DNA of 64,000 bases from Marsupella aquatica (Eukaryota; Plantae; Marchantiophyta), in contig OZ316896.1 of NCBI GenBank assembly GCA_973895155.1, positions 4,965,925 through 5,029,924 on the forward strand, read 5' to 3'. The notes beneath the pieces were generated by a model. That model saw only the letters and a program-made list of their open reading frames with translations, was not told where the DNA came from and ran no database searches. Both the position numbers and the translations under genes were made by a program. This document shows, piece by piece, positions 50,688 to 63,878 of this stretch. Every line of letters starts with the position of its first letter. Positions within the stretch are counted from its first letter, which is position 1.

Positions 50688-51856
50688 AAAGCCAAAATCA
50701 AAATAAAATGGAAAAGTTATTCAAATTTTGGTCAGGGTGGGTAAAACCTTGGGAAACTCCCCCGTTTTGACCACCTCAGAGAATAACCAAAATACCAAGT
50801 ATAACCCATTGTCAGAATCGCGATGTGATCGGTGCGCCGCATTGCTAACTCCAGTGGCTACGACCTTGCCGAAAAAGAACCAAAAAAGTTACCATTCGGC
50901 GGACAAAATCTTTGTCGGACGGCAAAAAACATATCTCTGTTTTTTAGGAATATTCCTGCATAGTCTGACAGGTCTCACAAGGGGCCGTTCCCCCTGTCGG
51001 AGCGATTAAAACGGAGGGCGGCAGGTCCCGACACCAAGTAAAACAAGAGGGAGGAAAAAACTAGCAAAAATAGGGTCCTAAAGGGGTGCAAATGCCCCTG
51101 AAAACAAAAAAATACACCCCGTATTTGGGCGGGGGTACACGGGCTGGCGTAAGGGGGGCGTTCGGGGTGGGTATGCACAGCAGCATCGGCTGCATATGCA
51201 ACCGTATACAGGGTCGGGGGGTGTATGTATGCCGTGCGCCGGGGAGGGGCACCGGCAGCGCAGAAGGTTTGCAAAGGAGGGAGAGAAGGCGCCGACGACA
51301 GGGGCAGGGCACGGTCTTGCTCGAATGGGGTCGGGTGGCGGTGGCAGCCGGGCGCGAAAGGGGTTACGCCAGGGGTGGTAGGGCGTGGGTGGGATGGGTT
51401 CGGCCGAAAGGAGGCAGCGGCAGCCGACTGGCGCTGCGCAGGGCTATCATGCACAAAAATTACACGGGGTGTGGGGGGAGGAGGGGGGGAAGTATGTGTA
51501 TCAGGCCGATACGAGGTGTGTATACACCTCGTGAAAAAACACCCTAAAGCCCCCCTAAAAGGCAAAAAAACTCCCCCAAAAAAACAAGAATGAAAAACTC
51601 ACTTAATAAGCTATTTTTTTAAGCGAGGAAAGTGAATGTCGCCGATGGGAAATGTTTTGGTTCTTTTCAGCGAGGTCGTAGCCACTGGAGTTAGCAACGC
51701 GGCGCACCTATCACATCGCAATTCCAACGATGGGTTATACTTGGTATTTTGGTTATTCTCTGAGGTGGTCAAAACGGGGAGTTTCCCAAGGTTTTACCCA
51801 CCCCGACCAAAATTTGAATAACTTTTCCGTCAAATTTTGATTTTGATTTCGGCTTT
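50688..51856. repeat. ~215-bp inverted repeat (50688-50903 and 51637-51856) around a 730-bp GC-rich spacer
   Basis: ggaaaagttattcaaattttggtc..gggtaaaaccttgggaaactcccc..ttttgaccacctcagagaataaccaaaataccaagtataacccat..gctaactccagtggctacgacc and its reverse complement. Confidence 0.92.
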
Positions 51857-52233
51857 ATTGCACTCTAGGCCGAATGACCATACCAAGCATTCACAGCACA
51901 AGCTCTCCCTACCTCTCAACTAGCTCCGTAACAATGAGCCTAAGTTCCACTAGGGTCTGGTATCAGCCCTGGCTATATCCACAACAGCACTATCGCTAAC
52001 ATTAGCTGAGTCCTAACCCGAGTTAGCCTAACTGTGGTTAGCTCATGAGTCACAAGACTAGAGCAATATCTAATAGTTAATAGACAAAAGTGAGAGATTC
52101 CACAATCATTGATCTAGTCATCAAACAAATCCACCTCATCTAAAATAACCCAATGCTTGTCTGATCACTGACCCTCGCTAGACCAATTTTAGTATTAGAC
52201 CCATGCTCAACTAATTTTATAAAGGGACCCATT

Positions 52234-53092
52234 TTAACCAATACATTTATAAAGCCTTTATTCAATGGGGAACAACCGAGAGAGGAGACAGGAGAGAACA
52301 AAAGCAATTAAGAGGGCTAGAAGAAGCACACCCATAGAGGAGAGGAAGGGCAATTCCCATCCGGAACGCCATAGTGAAAGGAGGCAGAACCAGAAGGGAG
52401 GGAAGTACCCTAGAAAAGTGGAAGCCTGACAAGCAAACATGACTGAAAGAACACAGATCACTAAGAGTGCACAACCAAAGACCACAAACAGGACCGGGAT
52501 ACCAGCCCAGAATTGACAAGGTCACTACCAAACTCCACCCACCAGTGGCTGCCAAAATCCAAGGCGAGCTCCAAGGCCACCAACAATAACCCACAATGGC
52601 AACCAGAAGAGGCATCACCAACAAACCAGTAGTACCCATTTAGAATGGGGCAAATGATTGTCCACACCAGCCCCCGGAACAACTATAGTATCTCTCGGCA
52701 GCCACCAAAGCATTCAATCAGTGACCCAACAGGAGGAGAGCACCCAGATGGCCACCAACAAGATAGCTCCTTTTGGAGTGGGAGAGCCAAGAGATCCATG
52801 TTGCCAAAACTGAAACCACCCAAGCTGTTTGTGTCGGGCTGGGATATGTCAAGGGGAGAGAGAGGCTAGCCAAAAGGGATGAATAACTTGTAGCTGACTT
52901 GGAGATCAATAGAGGGAGTGTACACCACCCCATCTGGGAATTGGGTATCCGCCAACAAAGAGTATACGGAAATATTGACCACAATATCCAATAGGACGCC
53001 CAAAGCTCTAGGTGTTGCGATGTCCATCCAGAGAGACACGATGTTGTCATATCCATCACCTGAATGAGACCTCCATCAAATAATTGACCAGC
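52234..53092 (-). mobile_element. Probable 5'-truncated LINE (non-LTR) fragment
   Basis: The 13-bp direct repeat AAAGGGACCCATT at 52221-52233 and 53093-53105 flanks it. The minus strand has a W-rich ORF remnant (LWASYWILWSIF), a T-rich 3' UTR and AATAAA near the end. No RT motif is visible. Confidence 0.45.
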
Positions 53093-53399
53093 AAAGGGAC
53101 CCATTGTTGAGTACTGTTAGCAGGGGAATCATGCTCAACTAAGTTTTAGTAACAGACCCTTTTGTGTTGGATGACCATTCCTCAAAGGAACCGCAATGTG
53201 TGACCATGTTTATGAGAATGTTCATCCACATAGACAATTTAGAGACCCAAGGACAATCCAAAAACTTTCCAGCCCTTGAGGTCCTAAACTTTGCCTTGAG
53301 AGTAAAACAAAAAGTCAGTGTTCACCTATTGCCAACAGTGCCATTATTGGGAAGCAGGGAATTGAAGCGGAGTGCGACATATTCTCTTATCAAACTGGA

Positions 53400-53497
53400 T
53401 AGCTAGATCATCATTTTGACATATAAACTATGCCATCACTATGTGTTGCCCTCATCAGTGATGGGATAGTTTATATGTCAAAATGATGATCTAGCTA
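53400..53497. repeat. 98-bp near-perfect hairpin (41-bp arms, 1 mismatch, 16-nt loop)
   Basis: tagctagatcatcattttgacatataaactatgccatcact-atgtgttgccctcatc-agtgatgggatagtttatatgtcaaaatgatgatctagcta. Confidence 0.95.
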
Positions 53498-53532
53498 ATA
53501 ACTTTTGTGAATACTTCTATTAGGGTGTCTCA

Positions 53533-53876
53533 TATTGAGCATAGACGACATTCATAACGGCAAGACCATGAACCATCCAACGCACAATAGTCGACACAGA
53601 GAGATACGTGGTTCACCTCCACATGAGGCTACGTCCACGGGAACACACAAGAGCTTTACTGCACTCTAGGCCGACCGGCCATACTAAGCATCCACAGCAC
53701 AAGCTCTCCCTATCTCTCAACTAGCTCCGTAACAATGAGCCTAAGTTCCACCAGGGTCTGGCATCAGCCCTGGCTATATGCACAACAGCACTACCGCTAA
53801 CATTAGCTAAGTCCTAACCCGAGTTAGACTAACTGTGGTTAGCTCATGAGTCACAAGACTAGAGCAATATCTAACA
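53533..53876 (-). mobile_element. Solo LTR (344 bp), same family as 49614-52075
   Basis: Full-length match to 49614-49957. TSD TCTCA at 53528-53532 and 53877-53881. The terminal TG has mutated to TA. Confidence 0.93.
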
Positions 53877-55124
53877 TCTCAGACCTATGAATATATGTGA
53901 GTTAAGGGTAGTTGTTAACCTAGCGGCTAACAACTATCCCGTAACTCAAATGGTATGCCCAAAATGTCATCGTTAACATTTGGCTATAGGAATCGTCCGT
54001 TGCCCGTGGCCGTTTATGTGATAGTACTACTTGGTAACGCAAACCTTATCTCAGTTGACACCATTTTGAACCAATTGCTGTCCAACAGACCTTGTGCTCA
54101 GACCCTTGTTCACTCCATCAAGGAAGTGAATGTCAATAGTAGTGTAGAAGGGAGGAGAGCAAATGTGATTCGGAGGGGTCGACATCGTTGTAGTTGAGTG
54201 ACATCAAGTAAAGCTAAAGCGGTCTAGTCTCCACACAGTTTTCTTAACCTTGTCGCAAATAGGATTGTGAAGGTGGGAGTGCACATACAATTTGTAGCTT
54301 GGAAGCAAAGGAGTCATTGTCATTGTTGTGGCAAAGGCATCGTCGTTGTGTAGCAGAGTTGTTGCTGGTCGTCGACGTTGTAGCAGAGTCACAGCTGGTC
54401 CCCGAGCCAGTCCGGTGGCAATGAATGTGCGAATAGTGTGTAGGTGGAGATTGCAAGTCAGCTTGGGAACTTGGAATCGGATTTGGAAGTCATATCAACC
54501 TCTGTGTTTGTGAATTAATTGACAAAACGAAGACAACAATTGCGTGAGTAGTCTTTCATCATCCCACTTCAATTTTGTTTACACAATTTTTGAAATGAGA
54601 ACAAGGCAAACAATTTCATGTCCATGTTTTGTACATTTGCAGGGCAGAGGATCCATTTTTCACAATGCTACTATACACATCGCTTGGAAAACCTAAATTC
54701 AGATTTTAATATAATTGTTCTCCATGTGAGTTTTGAGTTGTTCAGAACCTGAGCAGGTTGCCTATGTTTTGTCATTAACTCAAGTAACACATGTGGTTGA
54801 GGTTCTCTTTAGAATTGCTGATCATGAAATCCATGTGAAGAGGATTACCTTTGTGAATGCCACACCCAGAGTGCCTAAGCCACTGACTTCCTTTGCACTT
54901 AATTAGCTAGGAGTCAAAGACCAAGTGAACATGTTCAACGTGTTGGGCAATCTAGTCCTGGTGTAAGTAGTTTCAGGCCCTCAACTCAAAATGTCACCCC
55001 AAAACAAAGGCCAGTTTTTTTCTGGAAAAGTTGTGGCTAAACTTATTAGAAGGCTACAGGATGAGTTAAACCTAGATGAGGAAAAGTGATTTATTCTTTA
55101 TCAATCTTGCCCTGAAAGAATAGC

Positions 55125-58100
55125 ATGTATGCTACAGTAATTGCTAAATATAATGACTTGTTGGTGGATGCCTTGTTGGACTCAATCTGTGATCCTGTAT
55201 TCTTGCATTGTTCAGTTTCCTCACTGCTTCATGTTTACTGCAAATCAAGGGTTCACCATGCCATGTGTTTTAGACAAACAAAGGGTGTTGAGAGAAGTGA
55301 AGGAGGAACTCTACTTGTTTCCATTCTCATGGAAGCTCCAGTAGTGACAGTGTTGAGTCCACCAATGACTCAAAATCTTCAACAATGGACCTCTTTAGCG
55401 ACGCACAACTTATTGTCAATCCTTGAATATGAATCCGACAGTGATAGTGGGGTTGGAGATGACCAATTTGAGTTTGTGCCCAAGCCTACTGAAATCATGG
55501 AATTGTATTTTGTCATGGACAATACTTGCTATTTTGTGGATAAGCCTATGACTGCTAAGTCCAGGGACTTTTCTGAGTTTTTTTTTTGAAAACGTCCCAC
55601 CTAAGTTGTTCAGGCAAATGACACGCATGGACATTCAAGGATTCTTTCTTTACGCTGGTCAATATGATTGAATCACACCAGGTCTTTATGAATGATTCTC
55701 CTTATGAGCAGGCTCCAATTTGCTTGCAGTTGGTAGTCACCTTGGACAGGCTTGGCCATGATGGCAATGGGGTCTGCTTGAATCATATGATTCCCACTTG
55801 GGGTGTGAGTAATGGCTCATTGTGCAATTTCACTGCACAATGCTTCAAGGCTTTGGAGGATGCTTTGGTTGTACATTTATAGTGGCCGGATGAACAAGAA
55901 CGAGCACGAATTTCAGATGATTTTGCATAGAAAGGATTTCCTAGGTGTGTTGGCCTCATTGATGGCACACTTATCCCACTCTCCCAACGCCCAAAGGATT
56001 CAGGAGAATGTTACTTCAATAGAAAAAGAAGATACTCAATCAATGCTCAAGTAATTTGTGATGATAAATGCAAGATCTTGTACTTGTATACTGGTATGTA
56101 CATTGCCTATCTTTTGCAATGAACATTCGTATTAACATGAGCATACTGACAATTGCATATTAATAATTACCCAAAATCTGTCTCTCCACTGACCTAGTGG
56201 TTGCTGGTGATCAGGAATGCCTGCTTCAGTGTTTGATCTCACTTGCTTGAAAAGGAGCAAGCTATGGAGAAGATGTAGTGAGAACCCGAGTGAGAATGGC
56301 CAGGACTTGTTTTAGCAGGGGTGTGACAGGGCCCCAAACCCGATAGTAACTTAGTGATAACTTATAATTGCATATATAAGTAGAAAGACAAGTAGGTGTA
56401 GCAAAAGTGTTTGGATTTTTAATTTTTTTAGTTTTTGTTAGTTCTAATAAATTGATGCGACACCCGAAGGCCGGAGTTGAGAGGGGTGTTGGGTGGAGAT
56501 GGATGACAATGGAGCCATTCAGGGGGTACAAGGAGGCCAAAAGGCAGCCCAAGGACTTGGAGGCCAAGGTGTGGGCGTCGTGGAGGGGTACAGTGGGGGC
56601 TGGTCGAAGGCTCCACGTAAGGCGCAAAACGGGAAGAATGACCAAAATATAGAAAACATTGAAACTTAAAACAGACATTGCTGCGCTAGTACTATTCCAA
56701 ACATGGTCATGCTTGGATTCATTTTGAAGCCCTCAATGAGCCTCATGCAAAACTGAGATTCTCTAGTTGATTTTAGGTCTATATCAAACAGTGACATCTC
56801 AAGGGACCTCAACGCCCGTAAAATGACAAACTAGACCATCTTGGAATGGAAAGGTGGGAGGGCCCTTAGAAGGAAGGGACTCCCACAATTTCCCTTCCTC
56901 AATCCATACTTTCCCACAATTTTCCTTCCCCACTCCGTAGAAGGGCCCCCCACACTTTCTTCCTTCCCTTTTTCTCTATTCTCACTTGTGAGGTTCCCAC
57001 CCATTCCTAAACCCTTTCCCTATTGTACTTGCTTTCAACGTGCGTACGGACCTTGGTTGTACGAACATCAGTTTTTTGGCCATCTCAAAATCAGGATTCT
57101 ACGGGCTTGTTGGAAAAAGCTTGCCAAGCTGAATCCAACGATGTGTCACACGACAGAAACGAAACTAAGACGGGGGAGATACAACAGATTGCGTTTTTTG
57201 AGAATACAGGGGTTTTGAGGCCGTACAGACGTCCGTACTGCAGGAGGTCCCGACTTTGCAAGGGAAGGAGGAGGTAGCAGGACATACGGGGAACCGTGAT
57301 CCATGTTTTGCAAAACCGATGCCCCCTGGTGTTGTACGGACGAAACGGAGGGAGACGATGCCCCGTAAAAACTTAAACGATCATATCTTGGCCGTTTGAC
57401 CTCCGTTTTGTGCACCGTTTATGGAGCCGTGATCAGGAGGAGGGCTCCTCAGATATGTTTTCAGAAGTGAATTCTGAGAAAATTTTAGTTTCAATAATTA
57501 TAGGGGCCCCCTCCTTTTACGGCGGACCGGTGGTGGCGATAAGGAGAATTGAGGTTGGTAGGCAAGGTAGATAGATAGGATAGGAGGTGATGGACTCAAG
57601 TGAGTCCTTGTTTAGCAGAGTGGTAGTTGGCACCATCAAAGGCACCGTCGGTTCCGTAGTAGATTAGGGTTTAATTTAGGTGGCATGTGTGTGCCGCATG
57701 ACTTAGGTTAGGGAATTCTTGAATGAGGTTTTAAGCGGCACTGCTAGGGTAGCCGCCATCGTTGTGACCCCATGAGGGGTGCTTTGGTGTTTTTTTTGGT
57801 ATTTAGGGGGGAGCCCCGTAGTGAGTAGGTGGGGGAACTTAGTCTAGTGTTGGATTTAGGGAAATTAGCTCATAGCCAGAAGAGGGAATCAAGCCAGAGT
57901 AGTGAGGTAGAGGTGTAGCACTTGCCCCAGTGAGGCAGGAGTTGGGCAGACGGCAGGAGGCCAGGTTGTCCTTGCAATGTGTTATGATTCTTTACCAAAA
58001 GATATGGATTTGGTTTGATTCCTGAAGCTTTGGTGTGGCGTTATCTTTTTTGTTTCACGATTGTGTTCTTTCCCAAGAAGTGTCTAAGGAATCCTTGCAC

Positions 58101-58857
58101 GGATTGGTCAACCATGTGAGTAGGGGAGTGGTGACAACACTCCACCAGCGACCAACAAGAGCGTGTATGGTGTAGTCCACGGGACTTGATCAAAAGCAGA
58201 GAGGCTAGTCAGTAGACTTGATCAAAAATTACACTTCCGGGAGTGAAATCAAACATACTCACCCTACATGCAATAGAATCCGAATAGCGTCCCTCCACGT
58301 TCCCGTCATATGATAACAAACAATTTTAATAGGAGGAATATGTATTTGTCATGTAAATCGTTTGATAAGCAGGTGACAAGGGGAAATACCTAATTTTGGA
58401 TATCATGCAAGCATCCGAGTATTTTGTTGTTGCCCTTAAGAAATATGACACATCTGTGGATAAGGAGGATTTCAACTACTGTGTGGCAAAAGTTAGAGTT
58501 ACAAACAAGCATTGCATAGGTGTTTTAAAGTCTCGTTGGTTTTCTCCCCGGTTTTCTCTCAAAGAAATCAAAATTCAATTGAAAGCCACCAAGGAACACT
58601 TGTGGATGGTAAGGTGGATAGGCATTTGTGCATGGTTGCACAACTATGTGCTTAGTAGGAATGATCTATGGAGTGAGGAGGATGAAGTGATTGTACTTGA
58701 AGGGTCTGAGCCCTTGGAGGAAGAAGGTTCCCAACAACAGAGGCCAAATCATAGACATCCAACTCCTAATCCAAGTGCCCAACTCCAGGCTGTGATGGCA
58801 ACTACTTTGGCATTTCATAGACAGCTAGGAGGTTTTCTGTGGTCTGTTGTTGCATAG
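55125..58857 (+). pseudogene. PIF/Harbinger DDE transposase (HARBI1-like), decayed and interrupted by a solo LTR
   Basis: LFRQMTRMD; QLVVTLDRLGHDGNG; WPDEQERARI; GFPRCVGLIDGTLIPL..YFNRKRRYSINAQVICD; intron 56094-56214; GMPASVFD; after the LTR, FNYCVAKVRVTNKHCIGVLKSRW..CAWLHNY, with the expected catalytic E reading K. The 5' boundary is uncertain. Confidence 0.9.
56322..58378. mobile_element. 2057-bp solo LTR (probably Ty3/gypsy) inserted in the Harbinger transposase
   Basis: Begins TGTGACA and ends GGTGACA. TSD AGGGG at 56317-56321 and 58379-58383. No coding motifs inside, and transposase homology resumes on the other side. Confidence 0.85.
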
Positions 58858-59274
58858 GATTTCAGTTTGACTGATCAATAAGGATAGAAAAATGTTAATT
58901 TGAAATTTGTGATCCTCATTGACTTACCATACAAACTTGTTTTCAACATTTGAACAGGTTATAGTAAAGTGTTTGATTTTTATACAAAACATTTTGTGGA
59001 AATCTCTCTATTCATCATTGATGTTGCATGTTCTGTTTGAAAACGAGTGATGATTAACCGAGCATAAATGAGCTAAGTTGATTGAGCCAATTACTTGACT
59101 AGAATTACAAAACATAGAGGAATCATCCAGTTTTGTAACAAAAGAAGTAAATATCCTTCAATTATAGAAAAGTTATACATTTTAGGCAAAGCTATTCTGC
59201 AGTGTGCTACGTTGACCAGTGGCACAACTGACCTTTGAATATATATTGCTACTTATCTCCCTAATAGGAGTACA

Positions 59275-62200
59275 CTAATCTTCAACGAGAGCAATCAGAG
59301 CTTTAATCTGCTCATCAGTTTTGTTACTTCTACATAACTCAATCAGCATCTGAGACCTTCTCTCTGCTCTAGACATTTGCCACTGGTGGTAGCAATCTTG
59401 GCAGGCCTTCTTCTCAGCATTAGCAGCACTTGTGTTTTCCAACTGCAGTTGACGCTTTTGCATTAACCTCTCTCACTTTGCTGCTTCCTCAAACAAAGAA
59501 ATTTGAGCTGGCTTCTTTTCATCAAACTCAGTCATCTTCCACTTCTCCCCAGTTTGGAGGAGCTCCTTGTAGACAGCCTTCTGCAAGAGCCTCTCAGTGT
59601 AAATCTGTGCAACATTGGGCTTTGGAGGTGCAGGCTGCTTATCGTCACCTTTCTTTGTAGGCGTCTTCTTAGGTGGTTGGTTCTCCTTGTTAGCCATTCT
59701 TGCACCTGGTTGCTTGGGAGTGGCTTGATTTCCCACAGGTGTGCAGGTGGTGCTGTTGTGTGTGCTGGAATTAATTCCCCCAAAAGAACCACTAAAACTG
59801 TCCCTGGGCCCTCACTTTTAACATATTAAGTGAACCCCCCTAGAACAGACCCCCCCTTGTACCCCTTCTAAATATTTTTGCTTTCATTAAAATATCCCTT
59901 GTTAGTATAAAAATATTAATATTTCCTGTTAAATTTGACCATTTTGTAACTTATAAAAGAGTTTTTTAAGTAATTGAAAACACCCTTGACTTTTTAAAAT
60001 TGTGAATGTCATATAAATATGCACATGATTCAGAATCATTAATATCAATTATGTATAATGATCTTGTTGTACGTGAGGAACCTGATGTTAAGCAGGGTAC
60101 ATCTTTTATATAGGTCAACAAAATTAGTACCAAATAATAGTATCTTTGGCTGTTTATAACCTCATAAAATTGAACTAAACTAGGGGTATGACATGCGTGA
60201 CAGTAAACAAGTTTACTGGTACTAGCAAAAATTTGTTTTATTTTTGCCGAAAATATTTCAAAAAATTTCGGCAAAAAATTCGGCAAAATTACCACTCATT
60301 TTTCTTGTTACCAGTTTCTGTTTCATGTTACTGTTTGTTGTTTCCTGTCATTGTAAATACCCCCTAAACTAGCATTAGAAAGATGTAACAAAGGGAATAT
60401 CATGCTCTACTACCTTGGAGAAATAATTGCATGATTATATACAAATGGAAAATTATTCCATCCTGAGCTAAGCATTTCATGTATACTAATGCTAAAATAT
60501 TTTATATTGAGATAAACACCTAGCGCATGCCTTCAACCATTCACACCAAATGATCAGTAAAGTTCTTGAATTGACAGCTTCTTTTTAATTAAGAGTCGTC
60601 GTCTTCATGCATCATGAACCAGATGGGGAGAGTATAACTATGTAGAGGAGCACAGAGTTCTCACCTCACGCATTCTGAGATCTGCCATTGCTGACATTCC
60701 CCCTATCTCGCTCTCTTTCTACCACAAATCTTTTGCCTCACACGAAGCAGTAGCAGCCCAAGCAGCAGCCACAATTTGAAAAAGAAAAATACCAAGAAAA
60801 CAAGTGAAGGCACGCAGGCAAGTCCTCTAATCCTCTTCCTGCTCCCCCTTGTCCTCGTACTCAAGTTTGACTTCAACCTTGACCTCCTTTTGCTGGTCCC
60901 CACCATGTCCTTGTTGTCTTGACTCTAGCAAGCACACAAGACAAGAGCTCAGAAGTCCAATTGCGAGGGAGAAACTGCAGTAGCATGGACAAGATTGGAG
61001 TTATTACACCTCTGCTTAATCAAGAAGCCTGCCAACGCTGCCACCTTACATCACTCGATCATTTTCCAAAGGTAGGTTACTTTGTTGCAGAATTGATTGC
61101 TTGCAATCTGCAATAAAAGAGCTCATCTTCAGAAGTCTTCCGTTGCTTTATGGCATCACATTTAGAATGACAAAACAGGATGCAAAGTAATACCTTCCAA
61201 GCTTGGGCCTCTGCAGGTTTCACTTCCTGCTCTTTGGCTTTCACCCCTGCTTTCACCAAGTCCAACCAAGCAAAAACCCTGCGTGAGAACATGTGCAAAA
61301 ACTACTGATCAGCTACAAAACCCACATTAAAACCTATATCAAACAAGGTCACATCAGACCACAGGCATACATTTTAACACAAACTAGCAAGAGGACAACA
61401 TGTACTTACTTTACCAAGCAGAGGATAGACGCAGGATGCATCCCGCATGCAACCCAAACCGGCAAAGATAGCCACGGTGAGTATGAAATTGCTTGACCTA
61501 AACTGCCAGTGGGAGAGAGCAGGGGAGAAGAAACAGGGTACTGCTTGCATAATGGAGGCGTGGGGAGCGAGGCGAGGAGGAGGAGGCAAGGGGGGCTGGT
61601 TAGTGAGCCCCAATGTGGCCAGCCCCCTAATACCTGCCCCCCATGATCAAAGCAAGGATCAAAGGAGCACACAAACCTCACCACATATACACCTGGCCTC
61701 ATACTTGGCTGTTGGATTTAAGGGAGATTTAATCTGGTCTGTCTATGTGGGATTGATCATGGGTCCCATACATCCCTGAACCCCAACCAAGTTGGCCCCA
61801 TTCAAAGACCCCGGCCCAATATCTACCCTAAACTCCCAAACACATTTCCCCAAACCCATTTGCCTCAACTTATGGGTCACAAAATTTAAACCAAACTTGC
61901 CTTAGGATAGCACATAATTAAATGACTGATTTAGTACATGGACTGTATGTGTACTAATGAGGTGATGACACATGGGCCAACCATAGAATGACGCATGTCC
62001 TAGGCATTTTGGGTACACTTGCGTAAATTCATGTGACACGTATTTGATAAGAGCCTTATTATTAATATTGTGTCGAATGTACATACGGGGATGTAGTGAC
62101 TACTTTAAAAAATAATATAAAAATTACTTTGCATTGCATTAAAAATACCCTTGCGTCGTTCGCATGTCCGCCCTATATTAGTAAGAGTGAGGGCCTAGGG

Positions 62201-63061
62201 TCCCTGGGTGGAGCAAAGTTGGGAGAATTTTGCCCATTCCCAGGGGTCTGTGGACTGTGAGCTCTTGAGGGAAAATTTGTAGCTGAATCATGGGCGATGT
62301 GTTCTGTGACAATGCCAATGAGGTCATCCTCCCAGAATTCAGGCAAATTGAATTATACTCCATCATCAACACCTGCCGGTCCTTCTACATTTAAATAAAA
62401 CATAACTCTGTCAGAACAATGATTGAATCAGGCTATTTCAGTCAAAAAACCCCATGCCTTTTAAAATCACGTAATTGCAAAATTACTATAGACATCGTAC
62501 TAGAGTGAGGATGATTGTGGGCAAGTAAGGAACAGCCGCAACATCTGGCGGGATGGATCCATCTTCATGTGGATTATAGCTTGTGAATTCATCCTTGTCT
62601 ATCCCAAAATCTCCAGTACCTCGAGGTGGCACATTAGGCCGGCAAACAGAGCATGCATGCATCCTCTTGAAATGAGGACACATCCTCTCTAGCTTGTCCT
62701 CTAGAGTCAGGCCAGCCATGAAACCTTCCTCTGATAGACCATCCCCACTTGACATTTTCAATTCACGAGCTTCTTTGTACTTGGCAACATACCTTGCAAA
62801 TCTTTTGTTCAGATTGGGCCCGTTGATGTTCCTTGGGAAGTTATATGCCTGCAAGACAACAAGCATTTGTTTAAAAATGGTAGCCCTGCTTATGGGACGC
62901 CCCTGGGTTTTTGTCTTTCCGCCACCATGGAAGAGGTTGAAGTTATCTGGATTCTCTAGCCAATCAACGATCAAACCATAGTCAGAGTGCTTCAGCCTGA
63001 ATTTCTCCCCACCTCCAGCGCCACTTGTGCCAGCACCGCCTGCAACATTCCTGGGAGCCAT
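59275..63061 (-). pseudogene. Harbinger second ORF (Myb/SANT-like DNA-binding protein), decayed, convergent with the transposase
   Basis: IVDWLENPDNFNLFHGGGKTK..LNKRFARYVAKYKEA..SSGDGLSEE..LEDKLERMCPHFKRMH (63061-62650); middle fragment at about 62390-62150; coiled-coil end ERRSQMLIELCRSNKTDEQIKALI (59275-59736, internal TGA). A ~2.3-kb unrelated segment lies at about 59800-62100. Confidence 0.75.
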
Positions 63062-63878
63062 GTCTGTAAGGAGAAGTTTGCTAGTGACACCAACTCTGGG
63101 GAGTTTAGAAGCGACTCTGGTTGTCGCTGCACCGAGAGTGGCAGAACTGATTTTGAGGAGATCGGCAGCAACTTCAATTGTCGATACATAGGGAGTGAAA
63201 GAATCAAGATTGGCTACTGACTGTCCCTTCAATTCAAACTTCACTGTTTCTGGCAGAATGAGCTAATGCGATGCCCATTATGCACCATCCTCTTGTCAGT
63301 TCATCGCGCACCTGAGTCTCGTCTCCATGTTTGAATTTGTGGGTGCCATCTTCAGGACCTCACGATTCAATAGTTTGATGAGTTGAGTGCAAAAACGACA
63401 CAAGACATATGCTTGGAATTTGAATTCAAATGCCAACAATCTCTTGCGAGCTAATGTGGACACTTTCCTGCCTCGCCGTTGCGGACGTTTTGGAGAACCG
63501 AGTTCAGTTTTGAGTGGGCCAATTCCCGCAACAGTTGCCTCATGAGACGGATCAAACCCCGGCTCCCCTCTCTGGTCCAAACCTGTTTCATGTGGCCGTA
63601 ACTGGAGTTAATGCCATATGTGGTTTCCTGTAACTTGGGGAACGGCTGCAGGTCTGAGACGCCCTATTACCATTCAAAGAATGGGCTTTCAGGCTCGTTA
63701 CTGTTGTGCAAGGATGAACTGGACTGGTCCTGTTGTTTTTAAAGCTACCAACGTACATTTTAGATGCAAACTTTCACCATATTCCACCTCCCCCCCTTTT
63801 TTTGGCTACTTTTGGCAAAAAATGGCCAGAGGTTTTGTATCCCCTTAACCAGATTCCCACCTAGTCACAGACCCTGCT

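Larger units (their letters stand above)
49614..52075 (-). mobile_element. Internally deleted Ty1/copia element
   Basis: TSD GTTAA at 49609-49613 and 52076-52080. Complete 344-bp 3' LTR at 49614-49957. PPT aagggggagtt (minus strand) at 49958-49968. Truncated 5' LTR at about 51852-52075. RNase H tail retained. Confidence 0.9.

Noticed and set aside
50975-51593. Overlapping 120-196-aa ORFs in the GC-rich spacer
   Set aside because: They are open on both strands because of high GC, low in complexity and carry no domain motifs.
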